A stretch of DNA of 26,762 nt, taken from the NCBI GenBank assembly GCA_963764715.1, contig CAVXTP010000005.1, positions 1-26,762 of the forward strand, in the 5' to 3' direction. A program made the translations under genes and the position numbers. This document shows, in pieces, positions 9,953-18,570 of this stretch. This DNA is from an uncultured Acidobacteriota bacterium (GTDB taxonomy: Bacteria > Acidobacteriota > Thermoanaerobaculia > UBA5066 > Gp7-AA6). The notes under the pieces are model-generated. The model made no database searches, was not told the DNA's origin, and saw only the letters and a list, made by a program, of their open reading frames with translations. Positions within the stretch are counted from its first letter, which is position 1. The number at the start of each line of letters is the position of its first letter.

Positions 9953-10462
9953 GTGGCCGCCCTGGAGCCGGGAGCTCCCTTTCCGAAGATCTCTCTCCGC
10001 GACGAATCCGGCGCGGCCGCCGACCCGAAGCGCGCCGGCGAAACCGTCTACGCCGTGTTCAAGACCACGTGCCCGACCTGCGAGCTGACGTGGCCGTTCC
10101 TCGAGCGGATCCGGCGGATCGCCGAGGGCGGCGGTTTCTCGATCGTCGCCATCACGCAGGACGACCCGGCCAAGACGAAGGCGTTCAACGCCCGGCTCGG
10201 CACGAAGCTCGAGACGCTCTACGACCGCGAGCCCTGGCCGGCCTCGAACGCGCTCGGCCTCGAGAACGTTCCGACGCTCTATCGCGTCGGCGCCGACGGC
10301 AAGATCGCCGAATCGATCGTCGGCTTCGACCGCGCCGGGATGCAGGGCCTCGCCCGCCGCGCCGCCGCGGCCGCGGGCCGGGCGCCGGTCGAGCTCTTCT
10401 CCGCGTCCGACCACGCTCCCCCATTCAAACCCGGTTGAGGATCCCGAAACGCCGGCAGGTAG
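9953..10462 (+). CDS. TlpA/AhpC-like thioredoxin-fold protein (CPTC), probable selenoprotein with UGA(10436-10438)=Sec; 169 aa with readthrough, 161 aa if UGA is a stop
   Basis: FKTTCPTC CxxC, AITQDD, VPTL cis-Pro motif. The C-terminus PPFKPG-TGA-GSRNAGR-TAG has a SECIS-like hairpin right after the UGA. Confidence 0.85.
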
Positions 10463-10466
10463 CCGG
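10436..10466 (+). promoter_or_regulatory. Putative bacterial SECIS element
   Basis: UGA, 13 nt, stem CCGGC(10452-10456)/GCCGG(10462-10466), loop AGGUA with G at loop position 2, 18 nt between UGA and loop. GCAGGU also occurs in the E. coli fdhF SECIS apical region. Confidence 0.7.
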
Positions 10467-10478
10467 AGAAAGCACCCC

Positions 10479-12032
10479 GTGAGCTCCAAGCCCCAGACCC
10501 TCGGAGACCTGAAGTCGTCCGGCTACGCCTCGCGCGGCATCAAGGAAGAGCTCCGCGGCAACCTCTGCCGTGCCCTCGCGAAAGGCGAGAACCCCTTCGC
10601 CGGCATCCACGGATACGAGCGCACCGTCCTGCCGGCGCTGCACAACGCCATCCTCTCGAAGCACGACCTGCTCCTCCTCGGGCTTCGCGGCCAGGCCAAG
10701 ACGCGCCTGCTGCGGATGCTCGTGAATCTCCTCGACGCCGAGATCCCGGCGATCGCCGGAAGCGAGCTGAACGAGGACCCCTTCGCGCCGATCACGAAGT
10801 ACGGCCGGCGCATCCTCGCCGACAAGGGCGATGCCGCGCCCATCGTCTGGATCCCGCGGGAAGAGCGCTACCGCGAGAAGCTCGCGACGCCCGACGTCAC
10901 GATCGCCGACCTCATCGGCGACATCGACCCGATCAAGGCCGCCACCGAGCGGCGCGCCTACTCCGACGAGGAGGTCATCCACTACGGCATCGTGCCGCGC
11001 ACCAACCGCGGCATCTTCGCGATCAACGAGCTGCCCGACCTCCAGCCCCGCATCCAGGTCGGGCTCCTGAACATCCTCGAGGAACGCGACCTGCAGATCC
11101 GGGGCTTCCCGGTCCGGATCCCGCTCGACATCCTGCTCGTCTTCTCGGCGAACCCCGAGGACTACACCAACCGCGGCAACATCATCACGCCGCTCAAGGA
11201 CCGCATCTCCTCGCAGATCTTCACGCACTACCCCGAGGACGTGAAGACCGCGGCGAAGATCACGGCCCAGGAGGCGTGGGTCGAGCGCGACGGAGGGCCG
11301 AAGATCGAGATCCCGGACCTCTTTCGCGAGCTCGTCGAGGAGATCGCCTTCGCGGCCCGGGCGTCCGAGTTCGTCGACCAGTCCTCGGGCGTCTCGGCGC
11401 GGATGCCGATCTCGGCGATCGAGATCCTCGCCTCGAACCTCGAGCGGCGCGGCCTCGTCAACGGCGAGGCGCGCGTCTCGCCCCGCCTCTGCGACCTGCC
11501 CGCGACGCTCCCGGCGATCACCGGCAAGGTCGAGATGGTCTACGAGGGCGAGCAGCAGGGCGCCGAGGTCGTCGCGAAGAAGCTGATCGGGACGGCCGTC
11601 AAGAAGCTCTTCGACGCCAAGTTCCCGGCGCCGGACTCCGGCCGGCCCTCGGAGCGCCGCCGCCAGGAGGCGGAGGACGACGAGGAGGCCGCCGGGCCGC
11701 AGCGCCGCGGGCGGCTCGCCCCGCCGCCGCCCGAGAAGGTCCACCCGCTCTACGAGCCGATCGTCGCCTGGTTTGCCGCCGGCAACAAGATCACGCTGTC
11801 GGACGACGCGCCGTTCTCGGAGCACCTGGCCGCACTGCAATCGGTCCCGAGCCTGAAGAAGGCGGTCGAGGAGCACTTCTCCCCGGCGTCGAAGGAGGAG
11901 CTCGCGATCGGGATGGAGCTCGTCCTCGAGGGACTCACGCAGCACCTGAAGATCGCCCGCCAGGACCTCGACTCGCGCGTCTCCTACACGGAGATGCTCA
12001 AGTTCAACCTCGTGCGGAACCGGGCGAACTGA
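10479..12032 (+). CDS. AAA+ ATPase, magnesium-chelatase-like / VWA-associated (Rv0958-like)
   Basis: Walker A GLRGQAKT, EKLATPDVTIADLIGDIDPIKAA, NRGIFAINELPDL (Walker B variant), SANPEDYTNRG.IITPLKDRI, SGVSARM; GGAG SD at 10465-10468. Confidence 0.9.
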   Translation: MSSKPQTLGDLKSSGYASRGIKEELRGNLCRALAKGENPFAGIHGYERTVLPALHNAILSKHDLLLLGLRGQAKTRLLRMLVNLLDAEIPAIAGSELNEDPFAPITKYGRRILADKGDAAPIVWIPREERYREKLATPDVTIADLIGDIDPIKAATERRAYSDEEVIHYGIVPRTNRGIFAINELPDLQPRIQVGLLNILEERDLQIRGFPVRIPLDILLVFSANPEDYTNRGNIITPLKDRISSQIFTHYPEDVKTAAKITAQEAWVERDGGPKIEIPDLFRELVEEIAFAARASEFVDQSSGVSARMPISAIEILASNLERRGLVNGEARVSPRLCDLPATLPAITGKVEMVYEGEQQGAEVVAKKLIGTAVKKLFDAKFPAPDSGRPSERRRQEAEDDEEAAGPQRRGRLAPPPPEKVHPLYEPIVAWFAAGNKITLSDDAPFSEHLAALQSVPSLKKAVEEHFSPASKEELAIGMELVLEGLTQHLKIARQDLDSRVSYTEMLKFNLVRNRAN

Positions 12033-12064
12033 TGCGCGATGCAATGACATCCGGGTTGCAGGAC

Positions 12065-12118
12065 GTAGGGGCGGGCGGACCGCGGCCGCCCTCGGGCGGG
12101 GACCAGCCCCGCCCCTAC
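12065..12118. repeat. GTAG-family REP doublet (REPIN-like inverted pair)
   Basis: GTAGGGGCGGG...CCCGCCCCTAC 11-bp terminal inverted repeat. Each half is GTAG plus its own palindrome (GGGCGG...CCGCCC; reverse copy GGGCGGGG-CTGGT-CCCCGCCC). Intergenic. Confidence 0.8.
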
Positions 12119-12122
12119 TCTG

Positions 12123-12881
12123 ATGGCCGAGGGTCCGCTGCGCTCCCGGATTCTTGCGCACGAGAAGCTCCTGGGAGCGTTCCTGACCTGGCCGGTCGAG
12201 GGCCATCTCGAGATGCTCGGCCTCTCCGGCTTCGACTTCGCCGTCCTCGACACGGAGCACGGCTTCTTCAACCCGGAGTCGGTCGAGCGCATGGTGCGCG
12301 CGGCGGAGGGGGCGGAGTTGCCCGTCGTCGTCCGCGTCCCGAACTGTCTGGCGTCGGCCGACGCCGGACGGGCCCTCGACGCCGGCGCCTGCGGCATTCT
12401 CTTCCCGCGCGCGGACTCGGACGCGCCCGTGCGCGCCGCCGTGGAATCGGTCAAGTACGCGCCGGTCGGAAAGCGCGGCCTCGCCGGCGTCCGCGCGAAC
12501 CGCTACGGCGGCGTGCCCTTCGACCGCTGGGTCCTCGAGGCCAACGAGGGAACCCTGGTCTTCGTCCAGATCGAAACGGCCGGCGCTCTCAACCACCTCG
12601 ACACGATCGCCGCCGAGCCGCACGTCGACGTCCTCTTCGTCGGGCCGAACGACCTTTCGCAGGCCCTCGGCGTCCCCGGCCACTACGAGGAGCCCCGCTA
12701 CCGCGCCGCCGTCGAGCGCGTCGGCGCCGTCGCGAAGGAGCACGGCAAGGCGGCGGGCATCATGCTCCGGACGGCCGACCAGGTCCCGGGCCTCGCGGCG
12801 CTCGGCTACACCGTCTTCACGACGAGCGACCGGTCCCTCTTCATGCAGTCGGCCGCGGCCTGGAGGGGGGCGATCGCCTAG
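12123..12881 (+). CDS. HpcH/HpaI aldolase family protein
   Basis: GFDFAVLDTEHG, VVRVP, ALDAGA.GILFP, KYAPVGKRG, VQIET, DVLFVGPNDLS. Confidence 0.93.
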   Translation: MAEGPLRSRILAHEKLLGAFLTWPVEGHLEMLGLSGFDFAVLDTEHGFFNPESVERMVRAAEGAELPVVVRVPNCLASADAGRALDAGACGILFPRADSDAPVRAAVESVKYAPVGKRGLAGVRANRYGGVPFDRWVLEANEGTLVFVQIETAGALNHLDTIAAEPHVDVLFVGPNDLSQALGVPGHYEEPRYRAAVERVGAVAKEHGKAAGIMLRTADQVPGLAALGYTVFTTSDRSLFMQSAAAWRGAIA

Positions 12882-12883
12882 GC

Positions 12884-13969
12884 ATGCGCTACCGGTACTC
12901 GGAATTTCCGCTCGACCTCCTGAAGGAGCTGCTGACCTACCAGGAGCTCGTCAAGCTCTTCCTGCAGCTCGTGCTCCAGTCGGGCGGCGACGTCGAGGAA
13001 GCGCTCCGGTGGATGAAGTACCTCCAGGAGCGCGGCATGATCGATCCGGGAATCGACCTCGAGGAGTTCCGCAACGAGCTCCAGAAGAGCGAGATGGTCG
13101 AGGACCGCGGCGGGCAGCTCGCGCTCTCGGCCGCGGGCGAGCGGCGCATCCGCCGCTCGGCGCTGGAGGAGATCTTCACCTCGCTGACGAAGTCGGGACC
13201 GGGCTACCACGCGGTCCCTCGCTCGGGTGCGGGGGGTGAGCTCCTGCCCGAGACCCGCGCCTACGAGTTCGGCGACAACCCGAGCGCCATCGACGGCGTG
13301 CGCTCGATCGGCAACGCGGTCCGCCGCGACGCCGAGGACATCGCGCTGACGGCCGAGGACTTCGAGGTCCACGAGGAGGAGCACCTGACCTCCTGCGCCA
13401 CCGTCCTCGCCATCGACATCTCCCACTCGATGATCCTCTACGGCGAGGACCGCTTCACGCCCGCGAAGAAGGTCGCCCTCGCCATGGTCGAGCTCATCCA
13501 GTCGAAGTACCCGAAGGACTCGATCGACGTCCTGCTCTTCGGCGACGACGCGAAGCGGGTCCCGATCTCCGAGATCTCCAAGACGCAGGTCGGCCCGTTC
13601 CACACCAACACCAAGGCCGGCCTCGCCCTCGCCCGCAAGCTCCTCGTCCACCGCAAGAACCCCAACAAGCAGGTCTTCCTCATCACCGACGGCAAGCCCT
13701 CGGCGATCTGGGAGCGCGGACGGCTCTACAAGAACCCGTTCGGCCTGGATCTGAAGATCGTCAACCGCACGCTCGAGGAAGCCGACGCCTGCCGCCGCGA
13801 CGGGATCACGATCACGACCTTCATGATCGCGACGGACACCTACCTCGTCGAGTTCGTGGACAAGCTGACCAAGATCAACCGGGGACGGGCGTATTACGCG
13901 TCGCCGTACAACCTGGCGGAATTTCTCTTCACGGACTACATCCGGAACCGGAAAAAGTTCCTGCACTAG
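12884..13969 (+). CDS. VWA domain-containing protein (Rv0959-like partner of the AAA+ ATPase)
   Basis: C-terminal part of ORF 11276..13969, true start ATG 12884 (MRYRYSEF). MIDAS DISHS, HTNTKAGL, LITDGKPS. Confidence 0.92.
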   Translation: MRYRYSEFPLDLLKELLTYQELVKLFLQLVLQSGGDVEEALRWMKYLQERGMIDPGIDLEEFRNELQKSEMVEDRGGQLALSAAGERRIRRSALEEIFTSLTKSGPGYHAVPRSGAGGELLPETRAYEFGDNPSAIDGVRSIGNAVRRDAEDIALTAEDFEVHEEEHLTSCATVLAIDISHSMILYGEDRFTPAKKVALAMVELIQSKYPKDSIDVLLFGDDAKRVPISEISKTQVGPFHTNTKAGLALARKLLVHRKNPNKQVFLITDGKPSAIWERGRLYKNPFGLDLKIVNRTLEEADACRRDGITITTFMIATDTYLVEFVDKLTKINRGRAYYASPYNLAEFLFTDYIRNRKKFLH

Positions 13970-14032
13970 AGGTTCGGGGCTTCGCATCCCTCTCCGATCG
14001 GTGTAGATTTGGACCACGCTTCGGGAGGTGCC

Positions 14033-16168
14033 ATGCCGCTTCGCCGCCCGGCTTTCATCGTTCCATGTCTATTCGCCGTCGCCGCGGGCGCGTCGGCGCA
14101 GTTTCCGGTCGCCGGCCCGGAGTTTCCCGTCAACGCCGCCACGACCGGGGACCAGCGCGGGCCCGACGTCGCGCCCCTCGACGGGGGGAAGATGGTCGTG
14201 GCCTGGTCCTCCGGCTCTCCCTCGAAGGTGACCGCCCGCTTCTTCGACTCGACCGGGGCGCCGCTCGCGGGAGAATTCGTGGTCAACAACTACACCGGCA
14301 GCCAGTACTCGCCGCAGGTCGCCGCCGATCTCGCCGGTAACTTCGTGATCGTCTGGTCCGACCAGGGCCGCAACGACGGCAGCATCTTCTTCGATCGCCG
14401 CGACCACAACGGCGGGATCTTGAACGGCGCCGTCCCCGTCGAGACCTACACCACCGGTCTGCAGCAGAACCCGGCCGTCGCGATGTCGGCCGCCGGCCAG
14501 TTCGTCATCGTCTGGCAGAGCTATTCGGGCATCGACCCGTCCGATTCGGGCGTGTTCGGCCAGCGCTTCGGTTCGAATGGCGGCAAGCTCGGCGGCGAAT
14601 TTCAGATCAACCAGTACACGACGGGCTACCAGCGCAACCCCCGCGTGGCGATGCTCACGAGCGGCGAGTTCATCGTGACGTGGAGCAGCCAGCAGGACGC
14701 CCAGAGCGGTGCCGTCATGGCGCGCCGCTACGATAACGACGGCAACCCCCTCGGCGGAGAGTTCCAGGTCAACACGACCGAGCTCGGCGCGCAGTATCGG
14801 CCGGACGTCGCGTTCGACGCCTCCGCGCAGGCCATCGTGGTGTGGCAGAGCTTCCTGCAGGACGGCGACGGGCCGGGAATCTTCGGCCAGCGGCTCGACG
14901 GGTCGGGCAACAAGCTCGGACCGGAGTTCAACGTGAACACGTACACGACGGGAACGCAGCGCAGCCCGCGCGTGGCCGCCGGCCCGGAGGACGACTTCAC
15001 GGTCGTCTGGGAGAGCTTCGGCAACGAGGGCGACCCGAACAGCGAGGCGATCGTCGCGCAGCATTTCGAAGGCAACGGGCACCGGGACCAGGCCGAAACG
15101 GTCGTCAACGCGACCGCGACCGGGAACCAGCAGCTGCCGAACATCGTCGCCGACGACCGGGGGCAGTTCGTGACGGTCTGGGAGAGCGCGGGCCAGGACG
15201 GATCGGGATACGGCATCTTCGGCCGCGAGCGCGAGGTTCCCCGCGGCGCGCCCGCCAGTGTCGATGCGCACGCGAGCGGCGGCGTGTCGAACGTCAACGG
15301 CGTCCTCGAGACCGGCGAGCGCGTGAAGGTCGAAACGGCTTACCGCAACACGTCCGGGGCGCCGCTCCCGCTGACGGGAACGGCGTCGAACTTCACGGGC
15401 CCGGCCGGGGACGCCTACCTCCTCAACGACTCCACGGCCGATTACGACACGATCCCGGTCAACATGACCGTCGGCTGCCAGGGCGCCTCCGCCAATTGTT
15501 ACGAGATGACCGTGTCCGGGCCGCGGATGACGCCCCACTGGGACGCAACCTTCGACGAGACTCTGAGCGACGGGCACTCGAAGCGCTGGTCGCTCCACGT
15601 CGGCGGAAGCTTCGCCGACGTGCCTCAGAACGCCTTTTACCCGTTCATCGAGAACCTCTTTCACAACGGCGTGACCGGCGGCTGCGCCACCGGCTACTGC
15701 CCCGCGAGCAGCGTCACGCGGGCGCAGATGGCGGTCTTTCTGCTCAAGGCGCGCTGGGGAGCAGCCTTCGTTCCGGCGCCCGCGACCGGGACGGCCTTTG
15801 CGGACGTGGCGGCCGGCAATCCGTTTGCGCCGTGGATCGAGGAGCTCGCCCGCGAGGGCGTGACGGGCGGCTGCGGCGGAGGGAACTACTGCCCGAACAA
15901 CGCCGTCACGCGCCAGCAGATGGCGGTCTTCCTGCTGAAGACCCACTACGGCCCGGCCTACACTCCCCCGGCGGGCGTCGGCCTCTTCTCGGACGTGGCC
16001 TGCCCCTCCGTCTTCTGCGACTTCATCGAGGACCTCTACAACCAGCAGATCACCGGCGGCTGCCAGACCAACCCGGTCCTGCTGTACTGCCCCGGCAACT
16101 CGGTCCTTCGCCAGCAGATGGCGGTCTTCCTCGTCAAGACGTTCCTGCTCCAGCTCTACGGAAACTGA
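14033..16168 (+). CDS. Secreted protein: seven beta-propeller-like repeats, linker domain and three Cys-paired SLH-like repeats
   Basis: GGAGGT SD before ATG 14033; signal peptide ending ASA-Q; seven EFxVNxxTTGxQxxPxVA...FxVxW repeats; FxDV...TGGC..G.YCP...VTRxQMAVFLLK x3. Confidence 0.88.
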   Translation: MPLRRPAFIVPCLFAVAAGASAQFPVAGPEFPVNAATTGDQRGPDVAPLDGGKMVVAWSSGSPSKVTARFFDSTGAPLAGEFVVNNYTGSQYSPQVAADLAGNFVIVWSDQGRNDGSIFFDRRDHNGGILNGAVPVETYTTGLQQNPAVAMSAAGQFVIVWQSYSGIDPSDSGVFGQRFGSNGGKLGGEFQINQYTTGYQRNPRVAMLTSGEFIVTWSSQQDAQSGAVMARRYDNDGNPLGGEFQVNTTELGAQYRPDVAFDASAQAIVVWQSFLQDGDGPGIFGQRLDGSGNKLGPEFNVNTYTTGTQRSPRVAAGPEDDFTVVWESFGNEGDPNSEAIVAQHFEGNGHRDQAETVVNATATGNQQLPNIVADDRGQFVTVWESAGQDGSGYGIFGREREVPRGAPASVDAHASGGVSNVNGVLETGERVKVETAYRNTSGAPLPLTGTASNFTGPAGDAYLLNDSTADYDTIPVNMTVGCQGASANCYEMTVSGPRMTPHWDATFDETLSDGHSKRWSLHVGGSFADVPQNAFYPFIENLFHNGVTGGCATGYCPASSVTRAQMAVFLLKARWGAAFVPAPATGTAFADVAAGNPFAPWIEELAREGVTGGCGGGNYCPNNAVTRQQMAVFLLKTHYGPAYTPPAGVGLFSDVACPSVFCDFIEDLYNQQITGGCQTNPVLLYCPGNSVLRQQMAVFLVKTFLLQLYGN

Positions 16169-16272
16169 CCCGCTTCGGTCCGAAATCTCGCGGATAGAGA
16201 TGTGAGGACCTCCCGGCTCCGGCCGGGATGTAGGATTCGGGCACGGTCTCGCCGATTCGATCAGGAGGACGC

Positions 16273-18480
16273 ATGAGGAAGCTCCCGGTGGCCGCCGCCG
16301 CGCTCGGTCTCTCTGCGCTCGCCGCGCTCGCGCGCGCCCAGGCGCCGGTCTTCGGCCCCGAGTTCCAGGCCAACAACTTCACGACGAGCGACCAGTACTC
16401 TTCGGGCGCGGCGAACCTCGGACCGAGCTGCAACTTCGTCGTGACGTGGGCCTCGGACGGAGCGGACGGGGACAAGACCGGCGTCGTCGGCCGGCTCTTC
16501 GATGCGGCCGGAAATCCGACCGGCGGAGAGTTCGCCGTCAACGTATCCACCACGGGCTACGAGGGTCTTCCGAGCGTCGCGTCGAACGACGCGGGAAGCT
16601 TCGTCGTGACCTGGACCGAATCCGCGACGGCGGCCCCGAGCGCCTACGAAGTGCGCGCGCGCCGGTTCAACTCCTCCGGCGCCCCGCAGGGCGGGGAGAT
16701 CATCGTCAACACGTACACGACCGGTACGCAGGCGCGTTCCGACGTCGCGCTCGATTCCGCCGGCAACTTCATCGTCGTCTGGCACAGCGGGCCGGACGTG
16801 GGCTCCGGGCAGCCCGCGCAGGACGGCGACAACCTCGGCGTATTCGCGCGGCGCTTCGACGCCAGCGGCAACCCGCTCTCCGCCGAGTTCCAGGTCAATG
16901 AGTACACCACGGGCTACCAGGCGCGGCCGACGGTCGCGATGCGACCGACCGGCGAGTTCATCGTGGCCTGGGCCAGCGCCCAGGACGATCAGCTCGGCGC
17001 GATCATGGCGCGGCGTTACAACAGCGCGGGGGCTCCGATCGGCGGCGAGTTCCAGGTGAACACGATGGAGCTCGGGGCGCAGTATCAGCCCGACGTGGCG
17101 CTCGATCTGGCCGGAAAGGCCATCGTCGTCTGGACGAGCTATGGCCAGGATGGCGGAGGGGCCGGGGTCTACGCCCAGCGTCTGGACGCCGCGGGGAACA
17201 AGCTCGGGCCGGAGTTCAACGTCAATACCTACACGACCGGTGCCCAGCTGCGGGCCCGCGTCGCGGCTCCGGCGATCACGGGCACGGACCCCGGGGCGTT
17301 CGCCATCATCTGGCAGTCCGCCGGACAGGACGGAAGCGATTTCGCCATTCGTGCCCAGCACTTCTTCGCGAACGGCCGGCGCGACGGCATCGAGCTGCCG
17401 GTCAACAACATCACCTCCGGATTCCAGGGGATTCCCGCGCTCGCCGCGCAGCCCAACGGCCAGTACGTTGCGACATGGGAGAGCAACAGCAACGACGGCT
17501 CGGGCTACGGCATCGCCGCACGCCTGGCCGGCGCGCCCCGCGCCGAGGCCAACTTCGCCGACATTCAGCACATTCCGGGCCCGCCACCGACCGGCAACGC
17601 GAATGGCGTGCTCGAAGTGGGGGAGACCGTCAACTACGAGACCGGGTATCGGAACTGGACGCCCGATCCGATGACGCTGACGGGGACGGCCTCCAATTTC
17701 CGGGGCCCTCTGGGCTTGACCTACGCGATCCCCGACGCGACCTCAGACTGGGGAACGATCGGGGGCCCGGGCGGCAACGCGGACTGCTTCCAGGCCACCG
17801 GCGACTGCTACCAGTTCTCGCTGACCGGAACCCGCCCCGCCGTTCAACACGTGGATACGGCCTTCGACGAGACGCTGTCCTACAACGGCTTTGTCCGCAC
17901 CGCGGCGCTCCACGTCGGCGAGAGCTTCCCGGACGTCCCCTCGGGCAACCTCTTTTACCCGTTCATCGAGAACCTTTTTCACAACGGCGTGACGGGAGGC
18001 TGCGCCGGGGGCGGCTACTGTCCCGGCAACAACGTGACTCGGGCTCAGATGGCGGTCTTCCTGTTGAAGTCGCGCTGGGGAGCGGTGTTTCTCCCGCCCC
18101 CCGCGACGGGCACGGCATTCCCGGACGTCCCCGCCTCGAACCCGTTCGCGCGATGGATCGAAGAGCTCTCCCGCGAGGGAGTCACCGGAGGATGCGGCGG
18201 CGGGCTCTACTGCCCCGACAACCCCGTCACGCGGCAGCAGATGGCGGTTTTCCTGCTCAAGACCAAGCTCGGCTCGACGTACGTGCCCGACCCGTGCGCC
18301 GGAGATTTCGACGACGTGCCCTGCCCCGGACAGTTCACCGACTGGATCGAGGACCTCGCAGGCCAGAGCATCACCGGCGGCTGCTCCGTCTCCCCGCCGC
18401 TCTACTGCCCGCTGAATTCCGTGCTTCGGCAGCAGATGGCAGCCTTCCTGGTCAAGACGTTCGCGCTCCGACTGTACTGA
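16273..18480 (+). CDS. Paralog of the upstream gene: secreted seven-repeat propeller protein with Cys-paired SLH-like C-terminus
   Basis: AGGAGG SD; signal peptide ending ARA-Q; same repeat and C-terminal module architecture. Confidence 0.9.
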   Translation: MRKLPVAAAALGLSALAALARAQAPVFGPEFQANNFTTSDQYSSGAANLGPSCNFVVTWASDGADGDKTGVVGRLFDAAGNPTGGEFAVNVSTTGYEGLPSVASNDAGSFVVTWTESATAAPSAYEVRARRFNSSGAPQGGEIIVNTYTTGTQARSDVALDSAGNFIVVWHSGPDVGSGQPAQDGDNLGVFARRFDASGNPLSAEFQVNEYTTGYQARPTVAMRPTGEFIVAWASAQDDQLGAIMARRYNSAGAPIGGEFQVNTMELGAQYQPDVALDLAGKAIVVWTSYGQDGGGAGVYAQRLDAAGNKLGPEFNVNTYTTGAQLRARVAAPAITGTDPGAFAIIWQSAGQDGSDFAIRAQHFFANGRRDGIELPVNNITSGFQGIPALAAQPNGQYVATWESNSNDGSGYGIAARLAGAPRAEANFADIQHIPGPPPTGNANGVLEVGETVNYETGYRNWTPDPMTLTGTASNFRGPLGLTYAIPDATSDWGTIGGPGGNADCFQATGDCYQFSLTGTRPAVQHVDTAFDETLSYNGFVRTAALHVGESFPDVPSGNLFYPFIENLFHNGVTGGCAGGGYCPGNNVTRAQMAVFLLKSRWGAVFLPPPATGTAFPDVPASNPFARWIEELSREGVTGGCGGGLYCPDNPVTRQQMAVFLLKTKLGSTYVPDPCAGDFDDVPCPGQFTDWIEDLAGQSITGGCSVSPPLYCPLNSVLRQQMAAFLVKTFALRLY

Positions 18481-18504
18481 CAGCTTTCATCTTCAGAATT
18501 CCTT

Positions 18505-18529
18505 AAGGGGCCGCGCGAGCGGCCCTTTT
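18505..18529 (+). terminator. Rho-independent terminator
   Basis: GGGCCGC-GCGA-GCGGCCC hairpin followed by TTTT, about 25 nt after the stop codon. Confidence 0.75.
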
Positions 18530-18570
18530 CGTTAGGATGGAGCGCACTGATCACAAAAGGGGGAATCGCC

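Noticed and set aside
10479-12032. Chlorophyll or cobalamin chelatase subunit (bchI/chlI)
   Set aside because: No tetrapyrrole genes nearby; the motifs and VWA partner fit the widespread non-photosynthetic Rv0958-like family.
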